NCBI GenBank assembly: GCA_964252035.1
Contig: OZ176211.1
DNA length: 64,000 nucleotides
Direction: 5' to 3' (one strand)
DNA from: Podarcis erhardii
Lineage: Eukaryota
In this document: positions 63,151 through 64,000 of the stretch, in pieces
How the letters are laid out: every line of letters begins with the position of its first letter
Position numbering within the stretch: the first letter of the stretch is position 1
Translations under genes and position numbers: made by a program
The notes under the pieces: model-generated
The model's database searches: none
The model's input: only the letters and a program-made list of their open reading frames with translations
What the model was told of the DNA's origin: nothing

Positions 63151-64000
63151 TCTAGGACTTGCACTAGTTTCCATCACTTTTCACTCTGAGGGATACAGAT
63201 GTCTCTAATTATTATATCATCATCTGTGCCCTCAGCTCCTTGCAAATGAACTTTCGGTGGCAGATTGGAATACATCCTAGTCGGCTAGAGCCCTTCTGCA
63301 TCTCCTTGCCAACTGGTCTACTCAAGAGTTCACACACCAAGCAGCCACAAAGCAGCCTGGAGTACTTACTTTCCAACCTCAACACAATTGTCATTGGCAG
63401 CACAACTCCATCTAGGAAATGGTTAAAGTCTGCTCAGGTATTGTACATCATGGGGGAAGTGAAACACTTAGAATCACAGAATCACAGAATTGGAAGGGAC
63501 CCTGAGGATCATCTAGTCCAACTGCCTGCAATGCAGAAATCTGCAGCTGTGCCATACAGGGATTGAACCTCCAACCTTGGCTAATCAGTAATTCCCCAGG
63601 GACAGTGCCAGGATAAACAGCTGGTGCTGTTTATAATACTTAACATAATAAACTAGTCAGGAAAGCAAGTCGCCCCATCTTCTGCCACATAAGGCAAGCG
63701 TGGCTACACTGGGATCCTTCCCTGGTTATCGGCTTAGATGCGATCTCTGTCTGCTACAGCCGCATCCTTGCTGCTGGCTGATTCACCTCTTCTCTCACAC
63801 ACGCCTCAAGTCACAGCACAGATACATGCTGGAAAGGGCAAGAAGAATATGCAAACTATTTAATGCAAGAATTAATCAACACAAGTTTTTCCCCCCACTT
63901 TTGAATGCTCCTCCACAGACAAAACTCCACACAAGTTTGTTTAAAAACAAAAACACCCCAGCATAATTGGAAGAGAAGTTTTAGATCAGTCTTTTCCAAA

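Overview
Squamate genomic DNA, most likely a lacertid lizard (inferred from Sauria SINE, Bov-B, CR1, L2 and squamate MITE content). The window lies inside GLI3 on the minus strand. It holds the first coding exon (exon 2 in human numbering; CDS 60745-60622), the whole 60,066-bp intron 2, the next coding exon (555-313), and short parts of the flanking introns. Spliced, the exons read [65 protein letters not shown]...[12 protein letters not shown]. The intron mixes repeat-free candidate enhancer blocks with many, often nested, transposons that have readable TIRs and TSDs, plus microsatellites and four N gaps. I found no convincing new multi-gene system, and the other ORFs in the track are TE fragments or noise. 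The best leads are an overlapping uORF at the GLI3 start, an internally deleted L1-like element with a CpG-rich 5' end and splice donors in GLI3 sense, fold-back junction structures at several insertions, a telomere-repeat-bearing hAT MITE, and enhancer candidates. Repeat family names and human comparisons are from memory, not from database searches.
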